64,000 bases of DNA from Ophelia neglecta (lineage: Eukaryota), in contig OZ260663.1 in NCBI GenBank assembly GCA_965285935.1, positions 68,572,001 to 68,636,000 on the forward strand, in the 5' to 3' direction. The notes under the pieces are model-generated. The model did no database searches. It saw nothing but the letters and a program-made list of their open reading frames with translations, and was not told the origin of the DNA. Both the position numbers and the translations under genes were made by a program. This document shows, piece after piece, positions 41,809 through 54,512 of the stretch (its first letter is position 1; the number at the start of each line of letters is the position of its first letter).

Positions 41809-44800
41809 ATGAGTGATCCAAGGCAAGAACTGGCCGAAAAACTGGACAGAGAGCTTGATGAATTCCTTCAAGAGAGCATCAACAATCCCAGAGGACCAGC
41901 AATGGATCAGAGTTTTCTTGACATGGATCCGGAGACATTAGCAGCGGTAACTGTGTTCACCATATTTTCTGACTTTCCAAATGTTTCAAAGACAAATATA
42001 TGGTGATCTGCAATGAGTTCAATATGATACTACTGCCAGTGCCACCTCAGACATATAAATTGCTGTTAACTTGGCAACTGCAGTTGACCTTGACTCACTA
42101 CATGTATAGAAATTTCTTGCATACGAGTTACTTGTCTTTTTCAATTTTAACAAAGGACGTAATAAAGCTACAGCATTAGTCAGGGGGTCTGCGTTAGACT
42201 ACTCTTTTTTCTGTGATATGCACCCACCTGGCATTTAACATTTATGTGTCCCAAAAAGAAATGAAATAAATCCCACTTCCATCTTTATGCTTAACACTTT
42301 CACTGCCAATGTCAACTTTTCTTGAGAATATGTAAGCTAGCAATTATGTAAGTTGTACTAAGTAGCATTGCCAATACAGTTACTTTGGCCAATGCTAGAA
42401 AATTCCAAACATAGGTTAAAATGTTACCTATGGACTTTTCGGAGTAGATATACCCTTGAATAAGTTAATACCATGTTGGCTAAACTGAAAGATTTACAAA
42501 TATATATGGAAATAAATTGGCACGCATAGATATGCACCTAGGATAACCTTTAGCGGTGGAAGAGTTTAAAACCCCAAAACCTAGGGAAAATCGTCAAATT
42601 GAAAGATTTAGACAGAAAAAAGGGATAGTGCTTATTAAACCATTGAAGCATCTACTAAGACCATGGTGCTCATATTTTGTATCATCTGGTTAAGATACTT
42701 GGTGACTTTACTTCAGGTTTCTAACTGTCTTGATATTAATTGTTTTAATTAACAGGAACTCAAACAACATCCAGCTTTCATGACTGACTTTGACGAAAGC
42801 AAACCCTTGTCTCCTGCAATGCAAGGACTGCAAGCTCTGAAATACGAGTCGGACTCTGCTGAATGTGTGTACCTTTTGAGCTTACTGTAGAGTTACCAAT
42901 TTGTAATCATAACTTTTGACCGTATGGTGTCAGGAATAACCATGTTAGTATTAAATAAAGATCTTACTCTTGTACATGTATTTGTACATAATAACCATAC
43001 AGATGAATGCATGACTGGAGGATTGTATATTATTATACTGGTACCACTCTTTTCTGTCAGAATGGTAATACTGACTGTGTGAATGTGATTTCTGAGCAAA
43101 GTATTAAGCTTAAAAAAATAATGGTTGAGGTTCTCGTCAGAACTTTCTCTATGAGTGATGCCAGCGGCCAGTTTTTATTTCTTATTTGACTTTGTTTTTA
43201 ATTGTTACATGTACAATATATAATTACTTTACTTTTTGACATAAAAAATGGAAAACTTTCGATTGTTTATATAAATTAGGACATTGCCCATCGGGGGGTT
43301 TGTCACAGGGTCTTTCATTGTTTGGGACATGTGTGTCCCAAGAGGAGAAGGGTAGTATGGAAATATTCAATATTTATTTACTATGTTTTATTTTTTCTTA
43401 TTTTTTGAATTGCAGTTAATGCCACCAGTTACAAAGAAGACGGGAATCAAAATTTTCAGAAAAAAAAATACAGATGGGCAATTGATAATTATACAGAGGG
43501 AATCAAATTAAAAACCAAAAATAAAGAATTGAATGCCATTCTGTATACAAATAGAGCTGCAGCTCACTTCCATTTAGGTAAGATGCATTCCTATTTGGAA
43601 TTTATGCCTCGTTCTCAGTGGTTATGCATTAATGTCATAGACATGTGAGAAAGTCATGTGCAGATGGAGCATTGCAAATTCATATTTGTGATATTGTGAT
43701 ATTCATTTATACGTATTCATTTCAGGGAACTTCAGATCTGCATATAATGATGTGATATTTGGAAGAAAGTTCAAGCCAGACCACAAAAAGGCTATAAATC
43801 GGGGTAAGCTGTTCTAGTCACAAACCTACATCCCATCCTATATTAATCTCAGTCCTAGTGAAATATTTAAAATGAGCATTCTCTGCTGGCTTTTGTGATT
43901 CACTGCCCAAATTGTTTTCAGATGAGAGAGTATTCAAAATGGCTTGTTGTTTTCATTTTATCATAAAACAGGTGCCCAATGCTGTATGGAATTAAAGAAA
44001 TATGACATGTGTGTGAAATGGTGTGAAGACGGTTTACTGGTGAGTCATTACTTAAGTAAAATATGCTTTGATTTAGGTTTGAGAAGGTGTCTGCATTAAG
44101 GTAAAGAACATGCAGGTAAAGCACCGTTTAATCTTGTTTATTCAGAAATCGTGCCTTAAATTTAGAATTAGAAATGTATTCTTATGTCATTATTATTAAG
44201 TTTTGTGTTTCTCATGTCCTATGACCAAAAATATAAGGTCGGTAGGTAAAATGCAAATATTGCAAAAATTATGTATGCTTAAATAATGTTTTGAATTTTA
44301 TATACACTGTGTGTTATATCCAACAATTTTAATCACCAAAAGGAACTGATGTTTAATTAATTGTTTGATTGATTATAAAGAAAAAAATAGGGAACAATTT
44401 TCTGTAAGTGCAACATTGTATTTTTGACTGTTATTGCAATGTGCAATTGGTATTTTATTATTGAAAGATACTTGTAATATTAGAAATGTGATATTTGTTT
44501 TTTGATGTTTCAGTAGTGTACTACAAATATCTTATATACAAAAGAGGATTTTCTCCTTTTGAACTGAAATTCTATGTGTTAACTGATGACTCATTTGCTT
44601 ATGAAATAATATTTAAACTTTGATATCAAAAGCTCATGAATCCACTTACAGTTAAGGTTACATGTCATTGAATATATATCATCACTTCTTCAAATAACTG
44701 AAACAAAATAATAAGTATTTATTAAGGCCATAGTTATTTGATTACTTGGTTTACGGATCTCCTGAAAACTACCGACTCAAAGAAAAAAATTGCCATTTGG

Positions 44801-47800
44801 CACATTTCTTAAAATTTACCACCGACTGTAAAGTCACGTCTTTAAATATTTTGTCAGCCGGGTTTTGTCATTGACATTTTAGTTTGACCAAAGCATATCC
44901 AAGGGCCCCGTTGTATTATCTGTGCACGAGAGCAAATCTGGAGAACATAGATTTTTTCAACGTGTGGCAGGCGAGGAAACTGTAAAAGATGTTAAGTTTT
45001 GTGGGTGTGATTTTTTCCTGACAAATTAGGCCAAGAAAATCCGTAAACCAATTAATCAAATAACTATGGCCTAAGGATATCCACCAAAAATCATTGCTCA
45101 GACTATTCTCAATTAAAAGTGATCTCTTAAGGATATCCATCAAAAAAATTATTGCTTTAATACAACTCTGCATAAAAAATGCATGTGGGGGCACTTTATT
45201 ACTCAAAATTTTCTGGGGGTGGAGGGGATGCCCTCTCCTTTAACCCTTTGTATGCCATGATTCCTGCAATACTTGTTGTTGAGTGAGCTTGATGCTTTGA
45301 CCATTGACATCTGTTCTTCACTTTGCAGCTGGATGGTAAAGACGACTTTTTCCTGAATCTTCGAAACAAGGCAACTAAACTGAAGGCATGATCATGTATA
45401 AGTATATTAAGTGTATATGTTTATATGCATCTGGAAAGATTACTGAATCTGCTATGTAATTTCTAGTCTAATGTGGCCCTAAATGGTTCATAATTTGTGT
45501 GACTGCCACAAAATTCATAAAACTGGACAATTTATAAGGTCAAATTCTTGATTTCATTGGTACTCTAACACTGATCCACAAACATTTATTGTGCCATATA
45601 ATTGTAAGCTATTCCTATCATAACATTTTAGTTCCAGTAATCAGAGGCATAGTTATATTGTCTCATTATAACTGTTAGATTTTTAACGTAAATATACAAC
45701 ACTGTAGGTAGTTGAATTCCTCATCATGTAAACCCAGCTATTATCTTATGATCATATTTCAGAAAGAACAGGAGAGAGATCGAAGAAAGGCTTTGGCCAA
45801 TGAAAGAAAACTAGAAGCAGAGGAAGCTAAGCTGATTAAAGTCATAATTGTAAGCTAATACAGTAACTGCCCTTATAGACATTGCACTGCTAATATAAAG
45901 ACACACTAATTTTTTCACCAACAAAGTTGCCGTCTGCTATAAAGCCCCCACAAATCTTAATGATGAAATCAGACGACACCCTTTTATAGCAATTTTGAGT
46001 CCTACTATGTTAGTTTATGTCATTCAAAATTATTCTTGAAATAAACCCTTTATTTGATTGACTAAATATGAAAGTTAGAGATACCTCAGGTCTCTTTGAA
46101 AAAATACCTGTTAATGGAGGCATTTATACCAGGAAGCCTCCTTAAGGAAAACTCATAGCAGCATGAAACAGAAATTATTACAAATTGGTCAGTGGTACAT
46201 TTGTTTGGTTACCGATAATCACAGTATTTCAGCCAGGCATTTTGGGGATAAAGGAGTAGCTCCAATGGTAATGGCAAATGTGATTCCTAAACTTTCCTTA
46301 AAAGTTTAAATACACATAAAACTCTGGTTCCTGCTTTGCAAACAACAAAAAGGTAGTTAGTAGGATATTTAAATTTTAAATTTAAATCTCATTATTTTAA
46401 TCTCATTATTCTTTTATACTTGCACCTGTAGGAAAAAGGAATACAACTAGCATGTCCAAAAAAGAATGCAGACAAAAATGCCCTTCTTGCAAGTCTAGAA
46501 ACTCATCATCCATCTGGTGCTAAAGTCAAAATGGACGCTGAAGGCAGCTTGTCATGGCCGGTACTTTTCCTCTACCCAGAATTTGGAGAAACAGATTTCA
46601 TTGAATCCTTCCATGAAAATGCAAGGTAATGTACAGTCTTTAGTACTTCATAATTAATATATTAATTACAATTTGTAGGGATTAATGAAATAATGCTAAA
46701 AAACCTCTACATTAGACCAAAAACAAAAAATGAGCTATGAGGTTGTTTAAAGGACATGATCCTACCAAAGAAGCCTACTAAAGTAGATAAATAAAAAATT
46801 CATCAAATCAATAAAACTTAGATAAAAAAAATAAACTCTGTTGTTCAATGTGTTTAGTACAATTTAAAATATATATATTTCTGGTGAAAGACAGTGGTAT
46901 ACTCTTAGACTTTGCCCTCTGTAGTGGCTGCCAATATTAAAAATAAAGCCTGCATCTCGTATGGCAACAGGGCAAGGCAACATAAATTGGACTGGTTCCT
47001 GCCACTATTCACTGTAACAGATAATTCTCAGACACTGGAGTGGTTGAAAAAGGGGTTGGCATTTGGCAAATATCATTAACATTTTAGGGTGTGTCAGTGA
47101 TGGATCCAGGATTTCAGGAAGGGAGGGGGGGGGGGGGGGCAAATTTTCCAAGGCTGACAAGCAAATGTCTAGATTGTCCATGCTACCAACCCTCTGAAAC
47201 CAGTTTGTGTGGGTCCAGAAATAGGCACTGGTTGGGTCCCCTTTTTGGCAAAAGGGGGGCTGGTTCCCAGGGCTCCCCTGTATCCGCCACTGTGTATGGA
47301 TTATCATGAAACTGAATATTAAATATTCTCCGAAAAACCATTGTACAAAGTAATAGAGGGTACAGAATCCATGGGACAAAACAGTACTATACTGGCTCTT
47401 ATGATTCAGTTTTACTAGGAACTCATTTGCTTGTTACCTAAATCAGTTAGTTAATGGAAAAAATGAATATATAAACATAAATCCAGCTTCATTATTTGAT
47501 TTGACAATTTTCATTGCAGGTTTGAAGATCATATTAGTTTAATGTTTGGTTCAGATATTGAGCCCCCTGGCTGGGATCCAGAGAAACACTATACAGCCCA
47601 GTCCATAGAGGTAACATCTCATATAACATTCTACCCCAGTCTACCCCAGTTAATATTATGCTTTGAGGCTGGATGACAAAATCAAGGAAGAGGGGTGGTA
47701 CCCTTTATACATGTATCTGTCTCTCTGAACAATATTACCTAGCTCATCCGTCAAGAAAGTACCAGGCTACAATTAATTTTTAATTACCATTTTATCAAAT

Positions 47801-48895
47801 AACTTTTATTTATAACCCTACCTGATATGGTCAAAGCATGGAAAAGAATCCAAGCTAAACTTTCAGCAGTGACCTGTTCGATGGTCTTGCATGCACACCA
47901 ACTGTTTGATCCTTTTTACATGTACCATCCTGCAGGCAATTCAGCAGCAAAATTTTATGGATATTGACCACAATGGAGGCAGAAATAAAATCTGCCTCCA
48001 GCCTACTTACATGTATGACAGTTCAGTTGTTTGATGGTTGTTTCATCAAATTAAGACCCTTTTTTCACATTATACACACACTGTAACATATACAATTTTC
48101 TTCATCTTACTAAATGCATTGATTAATCTGATGTATAGATCCTCTATGAGATAAAAGAAGAGGAAAGACTTCATGAAGTGCCAATGTCATCTACGCTCAC
48201 TGAGGCACTCAAATCACCGGGGTGGGTACTATGCATGAAAGATTTAGGCTTGTTCATTACATATACTATCTAGTAGATTTTCAGCGTGATTTCCACTGAT
48301 TTGCAAAAAAGTATTCCCATACTAAGGAAAATACAAATTTAGGCATGTGATTGGCAGGAAATCAGTATTCATAAATTTTTTTAGATTCACTTTCCATCTA
48401 TAATGCCAAATACCTGTTGATACTCATCTTCATGTGGGAACCATTTCTTTTCAAACAAATGAAAACAGGTGAACCTTTCTTGAAAAGTACTATCAAGCCG
48501 TTTGGCCCCACAGCAGTGGACAGACTGAAGGGTCAACTACAGTCATTTCTCGTATTTAAATACAATGCACAAACCAGCTAACAATGGACCAATGAGAGTT
48601 TCAATTTAAACCAAAATTATTGTCAACAGTTAGCATGTAATAAAATAGATTATAAATCTTTAGAACTGTCACATTCACAAAAGGACAATAAGTAGTGACA
48701 AAAATGTTAATAAAACTTATATTTTAGTTTAAAAAAAATGTATGCAGTCTCCAATTTCAGTAATGCAATGTATTCGGAACTTAAAACTCTTTCATTGCAC
48801 ATTGCAGGTATGTTGTGAATGGTGGGATGCCAGGATTCTTTATTTTAGTAAAAGGTTCAACATTTGCCAAGAACTTTCATTCAAGATACAAGTAA
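41809..48895 (+). CDS. TTC4: Tetratricopeptide repeat protein 4 (TTC4/Cns1/Dpit47 Hsp90 co-chaperone), 11 coding exons, 384 aa
   Basis: Exons 41809-41946, 42756-42864, 43416-43577, 43726-43803, 43972-44039, 45329-45385, 45763-45849, 46432-46625, 47520-47610, 48139-48221 and 48808-48895 total 1155 nt. Motifs: HPAFMT, LQALKYE, TPR YKEDGN..YTEGIK..AILYTNRAAAHFHLGNFRSA, and wheel-domain WPVLFLYPEFGETDFI. AATAAA at 49002. Confidence 0.93.
44726..45071. mobile_element. PIF/Harbinger-like MITE in a TTC4 intron
   Basis: TAA|GGCCATAGTTATTTGATTACTTGGTTTACGGAT ... ATCCGTAAACCAATTAATCAAATAACTATGGCC|TAA. The ~33-bp TIR has one mismatch. Confidence 0.88.
45386..45762 (+). other. GC-AG intron of TTC4
   Basis: The exon reads ..RNKATKLK then GCA TGA (stop). 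No phase-0 GT donor exists in the exon. AAG|GCATGA joins in frame to CAG|AAA GAA CAG (KEQERDRRK). Confidence 0.7.
47095..47292. mobile_element. MITE with CAGTGGCGGAT-type TIR and poly-G
   Basis: CAGTGATGGATCCAGG ... CCTGTATCCGCCACTG with near-matching 5-bp flanks TGTGT/TGTAT. Confidence 0.7.
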
Positions 48896-49591
48896 CTAAT
48901 TACAGTACATGGTACATGCACTGTCCATAATTTATATTAGATCATTTTAACTTTGTTACATGTCAGTCCTATTTTGAAATATATATATTATATATTAATG
49001 AAATAAACAAGCTATTTATTATTGAAACAAATGTGTTACATAAGATATGTTAATTATGGTCGCCTATGTAACCTAAAACAACTGGTGTGGAATCCGACTT
49101 TAGATTTAAACAATGGTGGCAACAACTGCAGACTGATGAAAAACTATTTGTCTCAATTTTTCAAACTATTGTGGGGTTTAAAACTACTGTAATGGTAAAA
49201 ACATTTTTAAAATTTGGTACAAAGACATAATTAGGCCTATGTATATATAGCCTACAAGCCAATATGACAACTTTCATTAAATAAACCCACAGAGGCTTAA
49301 ATTGAGGCAAACAAGCATGTGAGGAGGCCTCTTTTGCCATGCCAAGTGACGAGATTGGCCTGATAAAGTTTTTAAAATCGACTTCTAGACATGAGAGGAA
49401 TTTTAAATCCACCTATGTTGTCTTATTTTAGGGGACCCTGCTACACCCACTATACCCTGTAAGGTTATTTGAGAGCATGTGATATATATTATGTGTTGAG
49501 AAACCATATTCTTTCAGAACTTGCGGTGGTCAGTTATGTGAAAAATACTTGAAAACCCCCTAAATACATTTAGTTAAAAACAAATCTTTAC

Positions 49592-52528
49592 CTTTAATGA
49601 ACGTTCAAGGCCAAGGAAAATGCCAGTCATCTGCCAGATTTGTCCCAAGTTTCCGCAATCCCCATTATTGGCAGCAACCTCCAGGACTGTTGTTAATTCT
49701 TGGGCAGAACCAATGTTCCACATGTACCCCCCACTTTTAGCACATTCCACCTCGGCTTCATTCCAACTGTCCACAATGGTCAGATTGAATTCATGACTTG
49801 CTTTGTGGTACATGTCCCCAGTATTTACCTCTATGTAACAACTGTTTGAAGTGTTTGTGGGTTTTGAGCTACTGTAGGGCAAAGCTTCAAATTTTAGCAG
49901 TCGTTGCATGATTTCCCTCATTTGTAACATTCTGTACAAATTACAGTGTAGATGCTCATGTATAACGTGTATTTCATGAGACTTGGTGAACCATTTAATT
50001 TTATCATTTGGTAAATAAGCCCATCTGTAATCTGACAGGATTTGTTCAAACTCACTTATATATCGCCTTTCTTGTAGAACAAGTCTACCATGCTGTTGAG
50101 ATCCACAGGGGTGCATTCTGGACTGACTTTCTGTCTCTATTTGAAAATAATATCCTTTTTTATAGAGTATAGTAAACTGTTGTGCTTGCTGAGATTCAAG
50201 AAGCTTTATGGTACCACATGAGCTAAAGTACAATTGGTTTCTTAGGTCGTCTAGCAATGAAACCTGCATGCAGCGCTCTGCTTCGACTCTCATAAACAAA
50301 CTGTTTATTGGTTTCCCGTGTTTACATGTTGAAGAGACGGAAACACGTACGTTATTAGTTATGACATGTCCTTCAGATGAGCTTTCTTGAGAATCAATGC
50401 TCACAGAGAAGAAGCGCCCATGGCTTGTGGATTGTAGCTTGAAAACATCTTTACATTCGTCTGACACCTCTAACTGGCTTGGCTTTGGGCCAGAAACTGA
50501 GAGTGGAATCCAGGAAGCAAAGTAATCTGCAAAAGGGCCAGGAGATCTCACTCTTGTCCTTTCCGGCTTTGGAACAGGCTGCTCATATACCCACTCTGAA
50601 CTCGTTTTCCACCTCTTGATTTTGGTCATTGCAATTGCAGCAAGGAGCTGATATGTTTGGGGAGTCAGTATTTGAAGAAAAAGTTTGCCTCTGTTATGAA
50701 CTAGAAGAGGATGCCAAAAGATATACAGACAATAGCCTGCATTTACTTTTATTACCATTGAATTATCTTCGGCAGAAATAACATAAACCTCGGTGCCCTG
50801 CTCGTGAATGTGCAAACCTGGAAAAATTTGAAGCCCTTTGCATTTTGTTGTCTGCCAATCAATGTCAAGTTTGACATTATCATGAAAAGAATATGCTAAG
50901 ATAGTCAGAGTATTATATGCAGAAACATAAAACGGCATGTCTTTTAGATCTGTTGTAAAGTTTTCAAGTTCACAGAAAGGGCCAACATAATTTTTGATGA
51001 TTGACCCACTTTCCAATCCTGTGTCTATAAAAACTATCCCAGCATATGGGCACCCATCTTCCATATTGTTGGTGTATATTGTAGAAATTGAAACATGTTT
51101 CAAAAATATCTTTATATAATTTGTTTTTATAGTTGCAAATGTCTTGGTGCATTGGCCTGGATGGTTTACTGTATATTCCTTTTCTTGGTCAGAATCACAT
51201 TCTTGGTTATCATGAGGTACAGATTTTAGATGAATACGTACATCTTTTATTGCGGCAAAGTTCCTTATGTCAAAGACAGCCATTGAGACAAAAAGAGTGG
51301 ATCTAAAGATAATAAATTTCCCATAGTTTGTTTTGTTGATGGCTTGTGTACTGGAGTCTGGTCCGTCAAAAACCAAAATGTTGTTTCTAGTTGTCGGACC
51401 AAAGTTATCTCTACCATCAGCCTCATAATAGAGGTGAACATTGTCAATGTAAGAAGCCTTGATTATAAATTTAAGATGTAAGCGAGACAAAGTGATATAA
51501 TCAGCCGGTATGCTAAAGCTTTTGTCCATCGGGTTCTCTAGAGATGGTAGTCTTACGACCGGTATGTGTCCAGTAGTTCTGTCATAAAGTACTGTTCCTT
51601 TACTGATTGTGTCATATACAGCTTCAATGGTAAACTGCCTCGATGATCGGCTGTCCCCCACTTGGCTTCTCAACACAACACGTAATGTACTACTCAGAGA
51701 AATGAAACTAATCGGCAAGGCACTTTGGCACAAATTTTCCTTGTCATACCAAATTAATTGCCCTTTATATTCATTATAAACAATTACTTTTGTTCCCTCA
51801 CAGTTGAAGGTGTCATCAGTGTCAATTTTGGTGAAAGTAAGGTTTACGAGTCCAAAGTCCGAATGTATCAGCCATTTATATAGCAAGTGATCGTATTTGT
51901 CTACAGTTTTATGCATCTTGATATGTCCACAAATACTGTGAAATATGGCAAATTCCTGAAAAAAAAAGCCTTGACCATATGAGTTTTGTGATAAGGTATC
52001 TCCAAAAATTCTTTTAATATCCACGATATTGTGCTGACCAAGCTTACCAGGTTTACTGCAGTATGTGGATCTTATCAGTAATTTGCATGCTGCCAGTCTC
52101 TCCAGAACACCATTCATAACATAAAAAGGTTCTTCAAAACACAGTTTCAGGGCAGTTGATAGAATTCTCCAGTGCAGATGGTATATGTGTTGATGTAGAT
52201 TTCTGGTTTGAGAGGAGAAGCACTCTTGTTGGGTCATTTCACTGAATGACAGCAGTAGTTCCTTAGGATTTATCCCATGTGAGTTAACAATGTTGGACCT
52301 TAGCAGACACATATCACTTTGCTGTGAGCGTTTTGACCGGGTCAGTGAATGTCTTGTGGCAAAATCCTGTGTTGAGGAATGGTTAACATTATATATGTCA
52401 GTGGTACTGTCCATTTTCTTCCAATTCTGCAGTGAATTCGCCCTGCCTGTCATCAGTATAAAGAAATATACTGCCAAATACAGGACTGTGTATTTTGATC
52501 TTTCTGTCCTGAGGTGTTTGAGATTCAT
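49592..52528 (-). CDS. GRL101-like GPCR, coding exon 1 (signal peptide, ~3 degenerate CUB-like modules, first half of a C-type lectin domain; 979 aa)
   Basis: ATG at 52528 is followed by hydrophobic YTVLYLAVYFFILMTG and a furin-like RSKR. CUB-like motifs: WLIHSDFGLVNLTF..C..LC..FISLSSTLRVVLRS, VFDGPDSS, VGPFC. The exon ends WNEAEVECAKSGG..IFLGLERSLK|GTAAAG in phase 0, matching the phase-0 acceptor at 40144. Confidence 0.85.
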
Positions 52529-52860
52529 TTTACCTTGTCTGCAATGGCCTGCTAAATCATGCCTGTGACACAAGGTGTGGCTCTTTTGCTCAGCTTTCTT
52601 GAATACATCAATTTGAAATGTTCCTAATATGATTCCTGCTGTTGTACCTGTTCTATTATCCTAGACCACATAAATGTATATTAAATTACACTAAAACTAT
52701 AAGGCAGAGATGTACATGTACTACAATAATTGAAATATGAGTGTGTTTTCCACTCATATAGAATACCAGCCTGAAGAATGTACATCACATGAATATCAAG
52801 TGAAACTGGAACAGCTACTGATTGTATTACAGCTCTGTACTGTATTAAAATTTCCAAACA

Positions 52861-52874
52861 GTTGCCATAGAAAC
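52861..52874. promoter_or_regulatory. RFX X-box-like motif upstream of the GPCR start
   Basis: GTTGCCATAGAAAC lies ~330 bp upstream of ATG 52528. Similar motifs are at 41477-41490 and 57075-57088. Confidence 0.35.
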
Positions 52875-53579
52875 AATTTGTTTTCTACTTGGCATTTCAT
52901 TTCTTAAACAGGATAGATAATGTTATGCTGCAGTTTCAAACCAAGGTCTGTTTTGATCTGACAGGTAATAATGGGACCTACTATTATTATATAGTCTGGC
53001 TGGAAGCCTTGAAATAGCTTATAGCCCCATATGTTATCCATCCGTGCTTTGAACATTTTTTAAAATGTGGCAAAGTTGTTTTTATTGATATAATATGACC
53101 TACCTATTGGAAGTACCCTAAGAAAACTAAGGTTATTGTGAGGATGAAATGGTCATTTTAGTTAATGACTAAGGGAAACATTATTGCAATGGAAATTAAT
53201 ACTTTGAGGACATCAACCTGCCATGCCTCACTATACAAATATTATGTGGAAAGGCTTATTACAGTAAACTCAATCTTAATGAACTGATTTTTACTTGGTC
53301 TTCAATCAGATATTGCTAAAAAAAATGGTACTGAAGCAAAGCTGACAAATCGGAATAATACTGAAATGTATCCTCAGGACCGGAAGGTACTATAGTGCAA
53401 TTTGGTCAATTTATCTTCGATATTGCTCATTCTGATTGTTGTACAGCACCTAGTAAGCTAAAGACATTAGAAATAAGAAAACATGAATAGCTTAAATATT
53501 TTAAATTGCTTCTGCCATTAGAACCCATTTTTAAATGAGCCAAATGATGGAAATGTAATATACATGGATAAAGATGATA

Positions 53580-53758
53580 CAGTGGTCCCAGTGGTGAAGG
53601 AACCCTCCAATGAAGGTGCTCCATCCAACCACAGGACATTTTTTAATAGCCATGTCCTATCTTTTCTATGTTAATGTCCCTCTGATGAAGGGACATCTGC
53701 TATGCAGGGACACCTTTGCTTGGATTTAGAGATGGCCCCTACATAGCAGGGACCACTG
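53580..53758 (-). mobile_element. MITE family A, diverged inverted copy
   Basis: TA|CAGTGGTCCCAG ... CAGGGACCACTG|TA. The interior is the reverse complement of the 4270 copy (CATGTCCTATCTTTTC). Confidence 0.8.
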
Positions 53759-54129
53759 TAATTAAACAATGCTCACATCTCGGCTAAGAGGCCAATGAAG
53801 CCACATCAACTGGCAGTAGATCTACCCTGCTAATCCTTGTTTTCAAAATAAACACCAATTTGCTCCTGCACTATGCACAAAATGGGCTTGGTTGGGTGGA
53901 ACAGTTTTGTAGAGGAATGTTACTACTTTTAAAGAGTTAAAGAGTACATGTAGTTTTTTTTTACATCAGGTTCAAACTGTATGTACATAAACAGGACAGC
54001 ATACTTTGGGATGGGGGGGAGGGGGGGGGATTAACATTGGTACATCCATTTACAGTCTACTAGCAGAATAAGATAACATGACTTATCACTTAATGTATAG
54101 GCAACCCTGCTGCCATTAATCAACCCTAA

Positions 54130-54470
54130 AGCTTGGCCGAGTGGTTATGGCATTCTCCTTGCAAGTGGTAAATCAGGGTTTAAATGTAGATTGCGTAAAA
54201 CCCAAGACATAAAATAGGTACTGAATACAGATAGCTCCCCTGCCAGCTAGGCGCCTTGTATTTCGGGGTTGGTTTATGACAGATCAATCCAGTGTCAGTA
54301 AATTGTGACTGGGTGGGGTTCCCTGTCTGGTGTCTACGGCAGGTACTCCAGTGAGGCAGCACTGTATAAAGAGGGCATTGGGCCCACTGTCACAAGTAGG
54401 CACCGTGGCAATATGACCATATAAGTGTTGAAAGCCAGGTAAAACCCCAAACAACCACCGACCAACCCAG
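54130..54470 (+). mobile_element. tRNA-derived SINE (Meta/core-domain-like) with an I-clade-like tail
   Basis: A-box TGGCCGAGTGG, central GTGTCAGTAAATTGTGACTGGGTGGGG..CAGTGAGGCAGCACT, tail TGACC..GTTGAAAGCCAGGTAAAACCCCAAACAACC. Flanked by GGCAACCCTGCTGCCAT on both sides. Confidence 0.7.
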
Positions 54471-54512
54471 GCAACCCTGCTGCCATAAAACCAAGATCCC
54501 AGATGTCCCTGG

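Noticed and set aside
42865-42877. Possible U12 donor in TTC4 (GTGTGTACCTTTT)
   Set aside because: It does not match GTATCCTT, and the acceptor has an ordinary pyrimidine tract with no CCTTAAC branch site.
49574-52573. The 999-aa ORF as a stand-alone gene starting at TTG 52573
   Set aside because: The ATG at 52528 precedes the signal peptide, and the ORF ends in half a CTL domain with a good in-phase donor. It is treated as exon 1 of the GPCR; a truncated isoform is kept as a hypothesis.
54130-54200. tRNA gene
   Set aside because: Only an A-box-like head is present. There is no complete cloverleaf and it continues into a SINE body.
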